Positions 12,188 to 21,376 of a DNA stretch of 64,000 bases are shown in pieces. The DNA is from an uncultured Acidobacteriota bacterium. Its GTDB lineage: Bacteria; Acidobacteriota; UBA6911. Positions within the stretch are counted from its first letter, which is position 1; each line of letters starts with the position of its first letter. Both the position numbers and the translations under genes were made by a program. Location of the stretch: assembly GCA_963843575.1 (NCBI GenBank), contig CAWJKZ010000010.1:384001-448000 (forward strand), read 5' to 3'. The notes beneath the pieces were generated by a model that was not told the origin of the DNA, did not search any database, and saw only the letters and a program-made list of their open reading frames with translations.

Positions 12188-12436
12188 CCCACACCGCGAG
12201 TATGCGGACGCCGTCCGCAGCCCATGTCGTCGAAAATATCCGTACGAGGAAATCCACCCAACCCGTTAATGTCTTAAATATGCACCTCGGGATCGGGCAG
12301 ATGCAAACACGAATCTTCGGATTGCTGTTCGCTGCATGGAATCGCGCGAATGCCGGGCGCAGCGGCCTTCCCGGTCCCGCTGCGGCCGCAATCGACCGCA
12401 CAATGGAGGTGAAAGTAGCAGCAGAAAAGCGGGGTG

Positions 12437-12508
12437 GGACGCGGATAAACGCTGGCAGAGCGAATCGTCAGTTCTGATCCGCGTTTCTCCGCGTGCATCC
12501 GCGTACCG
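12437..12508. repeat. REP-like inverted repeat, same family as 742-838
   Basis: ggacgcggataaacgc ... gatccgcgtttctccgcgtgcatccgcgtacc. Confidence 0.55.
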
Positions 12509-12726
12509 CACCGGTCGTCTGGTGCATCCCCATGCCGGCCCGGATGCCGCCGCAGGGCCTTCCCGAGCGATTGGGCCTCTTGAATTTGGTTGCGGTAATT
12601 GAGTATTTTCTAGATGTTGTGTCTCCCCCTCGCTCATCTTATGCCAGCTCCTGTCGAGCATCGATCGCATGAGAAGGGCGTTTTGACGCCGAAGCTCTTG
12701 TCTTTGTCGAACCAGGGAGGTAGAAA

Positions 12727-13554
12727 ATGCTGCCAGGCAAGTCCGCGGCAGTTGTATCCGTCGTGCTCTGTATGGCCGTGCTTGCAGTGCCGGTCGTGCT
12801 TTACCCGGATGACAACTCTCCAATCGAAGTCGGCTACGCCGTGGTCACCCCGACCTCAGCCAACACTTCGGGTCTCGTCGTGTTCGAGACCTTTGGCCAG
12901 AAGCGAGGGAACGACACGACGCAGGCCGGTGTCATACCATCGGAGTTGACAACGGATGCGGTGGTTTTCGTCAACGCCAGCGGGAGGCTGTCCCGAAACC
13001 TGGGGGTGGCCATCGCCAACCCTGGCGCCATCGACGCCACCGTGAGGCTCACGCTTCGCGATCAGAGCGGTGCCGTCCTCGCCACAAGAGACATCACCGT
13101 GGCGGATAAGAACCAGAGAGCTCGATTCGTGACCGAGTTGTTCTCGGGGCAGCCCGATGTCCCCCAAGACTTCGAGGGTACTCTGCTCATTCACTCGTCA
13201 GTCCCGGTTGCCGTGATTGGACTGCGCTTCCGCGGCGATAATTTCAGCACGATTCCGACCACGAACCTTTCAGCGCCTGTCCCGCTGCCTGAAGTCGCTC
13301 CGGGAGTCGGTGGCGCAAGCGCAGTGATATTGCCTCATTTCGCAACCGGCGGCGGCTGGGCGTCGGAAATCGTTCTGGCCAACACGGGGGCTGCACCCCT
13401 GACCGTGAGGGTGGACGTATTCCGGCAGAGCGGTTCACCGTTGACGGTCAGCCTGAATGGTCAAACCCAAAGCAGTTTTCAGGATCTGACGATTCCCGCA
13501 GGCGGCGTGATTACGCTGGCCCCGCGGGACAACCAGGGCGATTCGGTTTTCTAG
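12727..13554 (+). CDS. Secreted beta-rich hypothetical protein; domain shared with the C-terminus of 53050-56217
   Basis: RBS ggaggt, signal peptide, GVAIANP and LPHFATGGGW motifs. Confidence 0.75.
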   Translation: MLPGKSAAVVSVVLCMAVLAVPVVLYPDDNSPIEVGYAVVTPTSANTSGLVVFETFGQKRGNDTTQAGVIPSELTTDAVVFVNASGRLSRNLGVAIANPGAIDATVRLTLRDQSGAVLATRDITVADKNQRARFVTELFSGQPDVPQDFEGTLLIHSSVPVAVIGLRFRGDNFSTIPTTNLSAPVPLPEVAPGVGGASAVILPHFATGGGWASEIVLANTGAAPLTVRVDVFRQSGSPLTVSLNGQTQSSFQDLTIPAGGVITLAPRDNQGDSVF

Positions 13555-13744
13555 ACCTCCTGCGTGGGAAGCAGGGCGGCTGGGTTCGGTCGGCCGTTGC
13601 TCCCGCCTGCGCGCACCGGGTAGGATTCCTGCTCCTCTCCGCGGAACCGCGTGGGGCACTCCGCTGTGACAGTCACGATGCCATGCGCGCACACAAATAT
13701 GGACAGCAGGAGCGAAGCAGTGCAGAATCGGGTGCCAAAACCGC

Positions 13745-13834
13745 GGAGGAATGGCCGAGTGGTTGAAGGCGGCGGTCTTGAAAACCGTTAGGGGGGTAAC
13801 CCCCTCGTGGGTTCGAATCCTACTTCCTCCGCCA
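13745..13834 (+). tRNA. tRNA-Ser (TGA)
   Basis: GGAGGAA acceptor stem pairs with TTCCTCC; D-loop GAGTGG; anticodon loop CT-TGA-AA; long variable arm; GTTCGAATC; encoded CCA. Confidence 0.97.
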
Positions 13835-13880
13835 CCACCTCTAGAATAAACATCTTGCATCCATTACTAGCCACAAATTT

Positions 13881-14141
13881 TCAAAAATGCTTGCGCTGCA
13901 ACTCCGTGCCCGGGTAAACGCGTACGCCCAAAGAAACTCCGGCGCTATCCGGTCCAGCCCGTCTGACGAGCTCCACCGTTTGCCCAATGCTCTCGCTCGT
14001 CTCGCCCGGTGAGCCCAGCAACAGGTCGAGCATGGCCACGATCCCTTGTTCCTTTGCCCAGTGTGTCGCATTAAGGATATCAGCCGGGCTCGGCGCAACA
14101 GGCGGCTGCATACGGTTTGTATTTATCAGTGCTGTCCGCAT
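13881..14141 (-). pseudogene. Internally deleted B12-binding radical SAM gene remnant
   Basis: N-terminal MRTALINTNRMQPPVAP joined in frame to the late-barrel segment LLLGSPGETSESI...GVRVYPGTEL; no CxxxCxxC. Confidence 0.7.
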
Positions 14142-14224
14142 AGGCGATTAGGCGGCCTGGGACGTCGGCCCGACGATGCTGTCCTCGGGGTCACGAGTTT
14201 GGCTCACCCTCGGCCTGGAACGTA

Positions 14225-14938
14225 TCACGAAGCTCCTGCCTCGACCGCGGCGACGCCAGTATCGTGCTGCACAACGCCGTCCTTCAACAGGATCCTGCGG
14301 CTTGCCATGTTCATGATGCTGGCGTCATGCGTGGAGAATATGAAAGTGACGCCGTTCTGTTGGTTAATGCGCTGCATGAGCTGAATGATCGCAGTTCCTG
14401 TTTCAGAATCCAGGTTCGCGGTCGGCTCGTCCGCCAGCACTATAAGAGGATCGGTAACCAGCGCGCGCGCAATCGCCACGCGCTGGCGCTGCCCGCCGCT
14501 CAGCTGATCCGGCTGGTGCTTCTGCTGCGGTTCCAGATCCACCGCGCACAGCATCTGCTTGACCCGGCGGGCCCGCTCCGCCGGCGGGCACCGTTTCAGT
14601 ATCAACGGGAACTCGACGTTCTCATAGACGTTGAGCACTGGGATGAGGTTGAAATTCTGGAAAATGAATCCGAGTGTATCCCTCCGGAGTGCGGTGGCCT
14701 TTTGATCGTCCAGATTGCTGACGGGCTGTCCGTGCACGTATACCTCCCCGGTGGTCGGCACGTCCAGGCAGCCTATCAGGTTGAGCATCGTGGTTTTTCC
14801 CGACCCAGAAGGCCCTACCACGGCAACAAACTCGCTCTTAGCGATGCGCAGATTGACATGTTTCAGGGCAGCAACGACAGTTTCACCGAGCTGGTAGGTC
14901 TTCCCCGCACCTACAAACTGCACCACCGGCTCCGTCAT
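14225..14938 (-). CDS. ABC transporter ATP-binding protein (LolD/MacB-like)
   Basis: GPSGSGKT, LSGGQRQRVAIARAL, ADEPTANLD and STHD. Confidence 0.95.
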   Translation of the reverse strand: MTEPVVQFVGAGKTYQLGETVVAALKHVNLRIAKSEFVAVVGPSGSGKTTMLNLIGCLDVPTTGEVYVHGQPVSNLDDQKATALRRDTLGFIFQNFNLIPVLNVYENVEFPLILKRCPPAERARRVKQMLCAVDLEPQQKHQPDQLSGGQRQRVAIARALVTDPLIVLADEPTANLDSETGTAIIQLMQRINQQNGVTFIFSTHDASIMNMASRRILLKDGVVQHDTGVAAVEAGAS

Positions 14939-14958
14939 AGCGATCTCCCTCGGGGGAT

Positions 14959-16119
14959 TCACATGTAGTATTTCAACCTTACGGTCACCGAGGACCGCAG
15001 TGGCAAAAGCCCGAATTCACCCCTCCCCCCACTGAAGTTCAGGAACAGGTCCGTACCGAATTCCAGGTGATCGCCGATCAGCCACGTAACAGCTGGCTGC
15101 AGGTATCCCGAACCGTCATCAAGGCAGACCAGGGACCGGGCGCCCCAGCTGAAGTCGTGCTTTTGCCGGTGGTAATATGCCGCGTATGCATAATTCCGGC
15201 GCAAAGTTCCCGGTCCGTATGCGCTCGCTAGCGCATCAGCCGGCTGAAGGGCCCCGGAATCCGAGTCGGACAATGCGCGCACCACATCGAACTCGGCTCC
15301 CGCCAACCCAGAGTCGTCGTGATAGTACTCGAGCGAAAACAGCCCCTTACCCAAAACCGACCTGTTGGCGCCCACGACGAACTTGCCGGTCAGGTCGTGC
15401 TGCCTCCTCTCGACGGTGGGGATTTCGCCCAAAACGGCTGGGTACGTCCGGGGGTTGTTCCAAACCAGTCCACCCTCTCCGTGCATGGTCCAGCCGCCTA
15501 GATTTCTTCTCACCGCTACTCCCAGGGTGCGCTCCCGCCGAGCGCTCCAAAAACCGTTGATATACGCTTCGGTACCGCCCCAGTACGAGTCCATCTGGAT
15601 GCCTGCGTAGGTGTCCCCCGAGTCCCGGACCGCCACAAACTTCGGCGCCACCCTCCCGAGCCGCCGCGAAACCACCAGCATGGGAACACCCGCCGCGAGG
15701 TAATCGGGACGCGACAGGTCGGTCTTGGGCTGTGCCGGGAACGTGGGGTTCCAATAATAAGAATACTGATCCGCATACCGCTCTACGCCGCCGGATACTC
15801 CCCACGTCCCCGGCAATTCCAGGCTCACGAACCCCTCGTCGAACCGGAGAGCATTGACGCGATCGCCGGCCAGGATTCCGTATGTCTGCAAGGTTCCACT
15901 CAGCCTGGCCGATCCGAGCGTTGCTGAACCCTTGCCCCGCAGTACCAGGAATGACTCCCAGCCGGGGACATCCTCATGGTTCGCGTTCTCTGTTGCATTG
16001 TTCAGCCTGCCGATCAGCTCGGCGCTGCCCGACAAGTCCTGGAATGCCCATGCGCCCATCCCCGCCCCCAGGGCCCAGACGCAACCGAGATTGATGAGGA
16101 AACGGCCCAGCTTGACCAT
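14959..16119 (-). CDS. Probable outer-membrane beta-barrel protein
   Basis: Signal peptide, alternating beta-strand pattern, aromatic C-terminus (VRLKYYM), position in exporter operon. Confidence 0.6.
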   Translation of the reverse strand: MVKLGRFLINLGCVWALGAGMGAWAFQDLSGSAELIGRLNNATENANHEDVPGWESFLVLRGKGSATLGSARLSGTLQTYGILAGDRVNALRFDEGFVSLELPGTWGVSGGVERYADQYSYYWNPTFPAQPKTDLSRPDYLAAGVPMLVVSRRLGRVAPKFVAVRDSGDTYAGIQMDSYWGGTEAYINGFWSARRERTLGVAVRRNLGGWTMHGEGGLVWNNPRTYPAVLGEIPTVERRQHDLTGKFVVGANRSVLGKGLFSLEYYHDDSGLAGAEFDVVRALSDSDSGALQPADALASAYGPGTLRRNYAYAAYYHRQKHDFSWGARSLVCLDDGSGYLQPAVTWLIGDHLEFGTDLFLNFSGGRGEFGLLPLRSSVTVRLKYYM

Positions 16120-16120
16120 G

Positions 16121-16882
16121 TTACTTCCTGATGCTCTCGACCGAGAAAATCCCTGGCGCCAGTTTCGCTTCTTTCATGCTTTCAATCGTGATCACGGTGA
16201 AGTCATTGTCCACCGACGCATCGCGCATCTCTATGCGGGATGCCCGCAAACGCCCCGCCAAATGCTTCCGCTCGCTGAACACGCATGTCTTCAGCAGCAT
16301 TCCAGAACGGGCGAAGTAGTCGAATTGCAGGGGGATGTAGGTCTCGCTTTCGACCATCATGCGGATCGAGTGATAGGTGACCCGCGGCGATTTCGCTGCG
16401 CAGCGCAGGACGTAGTGGCGCACGCCGTCATTCTCGACAGTTTTCTCGATTCCGACCTCGTAGTCGTCGCTGTATTCGGTGTCCATCAAGTCGTTGTTGG
16501 CGAAGGTGGAGTCCATGAAGGCCTCTTTGGACGACACTCGGATCGCGTTGGGCAGCCCCGGAATGGAGATCCAGACATTCCGGTCCTTGAAGAGGTAGTT
16601 CTTCCCGACCTCCGTGGGAGGCGACAGGAGGGCTACTATGCTGCCTATCCGTTTTGTCGCCTGCACGTGTATCCTGAAACTCCGTCCCCTCCCTTTCGGC
16701 GGATGGTCGACGAGTGTCATGTCCATCACGAGGGAACCGGGGAACATCGCTTCATCGAGTTCGCGGAGGACCTCCGGGCCTGTCATCGCAGTGCTGCGGG
16801 CCTGCCCGGAGCCGTCAGGCAGACTCGTAGCTATCCAAAGCAGGACGATGCCGACGGTGATGAGCATGCTTGCATGTTTCAT
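16121..16882 (-). CDS. Outer membrane lipoprotein-sorting protein (LolA-like)
   Basis: LSPPTEVGKNYL, FMDSTFANNDL and DYFARSGMLLK motifs. Confidence 0.8.
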   Translation of the reverse strand: MKHASMLITVGIVLLWIATSLPDGSGQARSTAMTGPEVLRELDEAMFPGSLVMDMTLVDHPPKGRGRSFRIHVQATKRIGSIVALLSPPTEVGKNYLFKDRNVWISIPGLPNAIRVSSKEAFMDSTFANNDLMDTEYSDDYEVGIEKTVENDGVRHYVLRCAAKSPRVTYHSIRMMVESETYIPLQFDYFARSGMLLKTCVFSERKHLAGRLRASRIEMRDASVDNDFTVITIESMKEAKLAPGIFSVESIRK

Positions 16883-16886
16883 ACCA

Positions 16887-18119
16887 TCAGTCTCCGTGCA
16901 GGATTTCCACGATATTCACACCACGGGCGCGGATCGCGGCGCGCAATCCACCCAGCCACCCCGAAACCGCGCCCAGAACAAGGCAGCCCGCGTACTCGAT
17001 GGGCCGGCTGATCGTGTAAAAGCGGGGGCTGACCGGGATTGATGACAACTCCCCGACGTCCGTTGGGATGCCGTAGATGCCAAAGTACCAGCAAAACAGT
17101 GCACCCACGACGCAGCCCGCGACCGAGCCCAGCACGCCAATGAGGATTGACTCAGTCGAAACAAGCCCCAGGAGCATGTTTTTGGACATGCCGAGCGCGC
17201 GCATCGTGCCGAACTCGCGCATCCGCTCGAACACGGTCATGGACATGGAGTTGTTCATGATGAAGATCGAGATCAGCAGGAGGATTCCAAAAAAGAAGGC
17301 GAGGAAACGCGTGTCGATGAAAATGTCGGCCACCAGGGCGGTCTCGTAATGGCGCCAGTCGAAAAGCTCCAGTTGTTTCATGGCCGGCTCGCCGAGCTGG
17401 CGCTGCAAGTCGCGCAGCAGCGCTGCCGCATCATTCTCCCGGGCGGCCATGATGGCGATCTCCGTCGACTTGGAACCCATCTCCAGCAAGTCGCGGCCGA
17501 AAGCGATGGGGAGAAAAATGACGGTTTGGTCGAGCGAGTTGAACGGCGGCCGCACGATGCCGAGGACAGCGGCGTCCACGAGGTTCGGCACGTCGTAAAA
17601 CGTCCGCGCCTTCAAACGCACGGAATCACCGACCTTGGCGTGGAGGTCTCTCGCGAGGCGTTCCGTGATCAGGATCCCGGCGTCGTTCTCCTCCAGGTAT
17701 CGCCCCTGCTCGATGCACTCGGGAAGCAGGGAGACGGCCTTTTCCCTTTCCGGGGAGAAGGCCACTGCCGTCGTGTGCAGCACCTCTTCGCCTCTGGACA
17801 TGTAACAGAAGAAGCGGATCCGCTCGGATGCCATGCGCACCCGCGGATCGGAACGTACGATGCTTTCGACGCGGCCTGCCTCGGGAACGGCCAGCGTCAC
17901 CGGGAGCTTACGCGCGATCGTGTCATATCCCTTTGCATGGATCTGCAGGTGCGCAGTCCGATACCGTGTCGCTTTCGTCACTCCGTCCACGATCCGGAAC
18001 CGGTACACGCCGACGAAGAAAACGATCATGGACAGGCAGACAATAAAGGCGGCCATGTCCAGCAGTGTCCGTCTGGGATTCCGCAGCACATTACGGTACG
18101 CCAGCCACAGCAACTCCAT
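16887..18119 (-). CDS. ABC transporter permease (FtsX/LolE-like)
   Basis: AYRNVLRNPRRT and ERMREFGTMRALGM motifs; 4 TM. Confidence 0.9.
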   Translation of the reverse strand: MELLWLAYRNVLRNPRRTLLDMAAFIVCLSMIVFFVGVYRFRIVDGVTKATRYRTAHLQIHAKGYDTIARKLPVTLAVPEAGRVESIVRSDPRVRMASERIRFFCYMSRGEEVLHTTAVAFSPEREKAVSLLPECIEQGRYLEENDAGILITERLARDLHAKVGDSVRLKARTFYDVPNLVDAAVLGIVRPPFNSLDQTVIFLPIAFGRDLLEMGSKSTEIAIMAARENDAAALLRDLQRQLGEPAMKQLELFDWRHYETALVADIFIDTRFLAFFFGILLLISIFIMNNSMSMTVFERMREFGTMRALGMSKNMLLGLVSTESILIGVLGSVAGCVVGALFCWYFGIYGIPTDVGELSSIPVSPRFYTISRPIEYAGCLVLGAVSGWLGGLRAAIRARGVNIVEILHGD

Positions 18120-18133
18120 ACGACACCGTTCAA

Positions 18134-19351
18134 CTATTTGAAAGTGAGGGCTTTCAGCGGCTGCATCTTCCCTGCCAGATGCGCCGGGTAAAAGGCTCCC
18201 AGAAGCGACACCAGGATACCGACACAGAAACAGAAGACAGCGATCTGTCCCGAAAAGGTGGGGTAGATGATCCGGGCGATGCCATCGAGTTCCGGGCCCA
18301 TGTCGATCCCGCGAATCGCCACGATGCGGATTGCCACGGCACCGAGTGCCACACCCAGAAGCGACCCGATCAAGCCCACCAGTCCCGTCTCAGTCATTAC
18401 CATCGCCATCAGCGCCTTCCGCGACATGCCGATCGAGCGCATCGTCCCCAGGATACGAATCCGCTCGAACACCGAAATCAGGTGCGTGTTGACGATGCCG
18501 AAGGTGATCACAGCGACGATGATCGAAAACAGGATGACGATGACGGTGTTGACCCAGACAAGCCCCACGGCAACCTCCGCGTAAATGCTTTTCCACGGAT
18601 GCGCCCGGAGGCCTGCGCGGGAAAAAGAGGCGTTGAATGCAGCGACCATCGTGCCCGTCGACTCCGGGTCCTTCAGGCGGACCAGGATCGAACTGGACGC
18701 ACCCTGGACCTGGAGGAGAGTGCGGACCAATTCGATGCTCGCCAGGACGAGAAACTCGTTCTCGTCGGTCTTGTCCGTCTCGAAGATCCCTGCTACCGAG
18801 GCCTCTACTGCGTTGACGCCGCCGTTGCTGTTGTAAGCCATGAGGGTTAGCCGCGTTCCCGGATTGAGTTTGAGGTATGCCGCTGTAGGTTTGCCCAGCA
18901 GGATTTCGCCGGGCGCGTCCGGGAACCGGCCCAAGACCAGGGCCTGCCTGTACCGGGTGTTCCACCTCAGGTCGCGGGTGTCCACTCCACGGATCAGAGC
19001 ATCAGCTGATTGATCGGGACCCAGGATCATGCCGCCGCATACTAGCTCCTCCGTCGCTGCGTCCACCCATGGGTTTGCCCGTACGGACCGGAGCGCCGCC
19101 TGGGGATCCTCCACAAGCAGGCTGACGGGAAGAGTCGAGGCCTGCTCGAGATAGCCCTGCCGCTGGATGCAGATGTGTCCGATCGTGTCGAAGGCCAACG
19201 CCAGGAACATCTGCTTCATCCCGAGGAGAAAGCCCAAGGCAAAGGTCAAAACCGCGATGCTCAGGGCCACCGCGCTCAGCACGGCGACGGAGCGATGCCT
19301 GTCTTTGACGGCGTGACGAGCCGCCACCTTCAAAACCGTTCCGCCTCCCAT
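18134..19351 (-). CDS. ABC transporter permease (FtsX/LolC-like)
   Basis: VFERIRILGTMRSIGM and FYPAHLAGKMQPLKAL motifs. Confidence 0.9.
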   Translation of the reverse strand: MGGGTVLKVAARHAVKDRHRSVAVLSAVALSIAVLTFALGFLLGMKQMFLALAFDTIGHICIQRQGYLEQASTLPVSLLVEDPQAALRSVRANPWVDAATEELVCGGMILGPDQSADALIRGVDTRDLRWNTRYRQALVLGRFPDAPGEILLGKPTAAYLKLNPGTRLTLMAYNSNGGVNAVEASVAGIFETDKTDENEFLVLASIELVRTLLQVQGASSSILVRLKDPESTGTMVAAFNASFSRAGLRAHPWKSIYAEVAVGLVWVNTVIVILFSIIVAVITFGIVNTHLISVFERIRILGTMRSIGMSRKALMAMVMTETGLVGLIGSLLGVALGAVAIRIVAIRGIDMGPELDGIARIIYPTFSGQIAVFCFCVGILVSLLGAFYPAHLAGKMQPLKALTFK

Positions 19352-19355
19352 CGAC

Positions 19356-20069
19356 TCACCGCGCGCCTTTCGATGACGTCAACTTTCCTTCGAGTTCCGG
19401 CAGCAACCTGTTCGGTTTTCCATCCATCTCGTCGAAGAGATCGAATTCATAAAACGGGACCTTGATCCTGCGCCGGTTGAGCTGGCGGCTGAGGAATCCT
19501 ATGAAGATCCCGGGGCCCGGCCTGGATACCTTCCGCAGCACCTCGTTCTGCTCGTCCGCGGTAACCTTGTCGATTTCCACCTTGGAGCTCCACTCGAAGT
19601 ACTCGCGCAGATCCGGGTGAGAGGTCACCGCACATGTCGGCGAACCGCGGATCCCGACTATCCCGACGACGTTCATGCCTTCCCTCAGGTAGTCGGCAAT
19701 CTCCCTGGCGGTGTATCTGGCAACCCAGCGCATCCTCCAGTTCAGGACGAAGAGATACAGCGGCATCAAGAACGCGAACACGGCATGGACGATCTTGCAT
19801 CTGCCCATTCCGTGAAACTGGTACACGTGCTTTTTATAGATGCCGCCCCAGGCCACCCTCTCGGGGCAGATCATCTGGATGACACCGCAGTCCGTCCTCG
19901 CGACAAGAAGGCGGAGGATCTCGGGATTCACTCCCTTTGCGAATGCGCCGCCCATGTAACGCGTGTTAGCGTTGAGCAGACAGTGAGACAGGAAGAGCAC
20001 CCGGTTGCCGCGCCGGTCGCTCAGCCGCTCACGCAGGGTGCACATTGTTCTTGGAAACAGCGTTTTCAT
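19356..20069 (-). CDS. DUF523/2-thiouracil desulfurase (TudS)-like Fe-S protein
   Basis: SHCLLNANTRY, ICPE and GSPTCAV cysteine motifs. Confidence 0.65.
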   Translation of the reverse strand: MKTLFPRTMCTLRERLSDRRGNRVLFLSHCLLNANTRYMGGAFAKGVNPEILRLLVARTDCGVIQMICPERVAWGGIYKKHVYQFHGMGRCKIVHAVFAFLMPLYLFVLNWRMRWVARYTAREIADYLREGMNVVGIVGIRGSPTCAVTSHPDLREYFEWSSKVEIDKVTADEQNEVLRKVSRPGPGIFIGFLSRQLNRRRIKVPFYEFDLFDEMDGKPNRLLPELEGKLTSSKGAR

Positions 20070-21288
20070 GACACTCCAGCGGGTTGCGCCAGCGGCATGC
20101 GACCGCGTAGTCCATGCAGCGCCGGAACATCTCGTAGTCGACTTCCGGGCAGCGCACGACGCTGTCGGCTTCCAGGATCGCGTCCGCCCGGGCAGTATCG
20201 AACTGCCGGCTATCGCTCATGTAGGGCAGGTAGACCCGACAGAAGTTCTCGTAACGCCGTTCCAGCGCGGTCTTGGGCGCGGCCGGGAACACCTCGGCCG
20301 TGCAGACACGGCTTCCTTTCAGACCGAGATAGTGCTGGCCCCAGGCGACCAGTGTCTCCAGGGTACAGGGATGCTTGTTGACAAGGTGGTACATGCCGGA
20401 ATCGGCCGCACGGGTCATGATGGCGCGAAAAGCCTCCACGACGAAGTCGATCGGGACAAGGTTGATGACCCCGCCGGTGTCAGTTCCCGTGTCGAACCGG
20501 ATAGGGACTTCAAGAGTCCCGTCGGGCTCCTGCCGGATACCGAGCCTCGAGGCAAGCCGCCCCTGGTTTTCGGCAAAATCCTTGCGGAATTCGTTCGCGA
20601 GGTACTCTGCCACCTTGACCGGGTAGTACATGGCGTTGAAAAGCAGCGTCCTGCCGCGTTTGGAGTCGCCGATGATGACGGAGGGCCGGTAAATGGACAG
20701 GCGGATGCCGGAACCTTCACAGGCGTCAATCAGAAGCTTTTCAGCTTTGTTCTTTGATGCTTCGTAGGCGTTGTGAAAACCTTCCGGTTCCCGCCATGAC
20801 TCGAGGCACAGGCCCACTACCTTCCCGACACAATATGCCGTGCTGAGGTAGTGAATGACCGAGCAACAGCCGGCCTGCGCCAGCTCGAGGACCCGTCGCG
20901 TCCCTCCAACGTTGATTTCGTACGTCGTCTCTTTGTCTTTCTCCTGGAAGCTGGTGTAAGACCCGCAGTGCACAATCTCGTCGACCTGGCGCGCGAGATC
21001 GAGGAAATCAGCCGGTGCGCATCCCAGTCTCTCCCTGCTCAGCTCGCCCTCAACGATCTGAAGCTCGGGACCGGACTCAATGCCGTGCCACTCAAGGACT
21101 CTCCGGACCCGCTCCCGGGCGCTGTGTTCCTTCCCCGCACGTGCCAGCACAACAACGCGGTACCCGTCGCGGAGTAACGACGCTGCGACATGGCTGCCCA
21201 CAAATCCGGTCGCGCCGGTCAGGAAAACCACAGCAGAGCGGTTCTGGCGCGCTCTCTGGATCTCCGAAACAGATGCCCTCATCACCAT
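20029..21288 (-). CDS. Extended SDR (thioester/fatty-acyl reductase-like, NAD_binding_4)
   Basis: FLTGATGFVG, STAY, YEASK and RPSVIIGDS. Confidence 0.8.
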   Translation of the reverse strand: MVMRASVSEIQRARQNRSAVVFLTGATGFVGSHVAASLLRDGYRVVVLARAGKEHSARERVRRVLEWHGIESGPELQIVEGELSRERLGCAPADFLDLARQVDEIVHCGSYTSFQEKDKETTYEINVGGTRRVLELAQAGCCSVIHYLSTAYCVGKVVGLCLESWREPEGFHNAYEASKNKAEKLLIDACEGSGIRLSIYRPSVIIGDSKRGRTLLFNAMYYPVKVAEYLANEFRKDFAENQGRLASRLGIRQEPDGTLEVPIRFDTGTDTGGVINLVPIDFVVEAFRAIMTRAADSGMYHLVNKHPCTLETLVAWGQHYLGLKGSRVCTAEVFPAAPKTALERRYENFCRVYLPYMSDSRQFDTARADAILEADSVVRCPEVDYEMFRRCMDYAVACRWRNPLECHENAVSKNNVHPA

Positions 21289-21376
21289 ACAAGAAACCAG
21301 ATCTCTGATGGCGTCTGACAGCGCATCCGAGCGCTGTCAGAGCGGCATAGAACATCGGGCGGACGCCCCGGAGCAG

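Noticed and set aside
13745-13834. Selenocysteine or suppressor tRNA because of 'TGA'
   Set aside because: Anticodon TGA reads UCA (Ser); a Sec tRNA would have anticodon TCA and a longer acceptor stem
13435-13860. 141-aa minus-strand ORF
   Set aside because: Antisense reading of the tRNA-Ser gene and its promoter region
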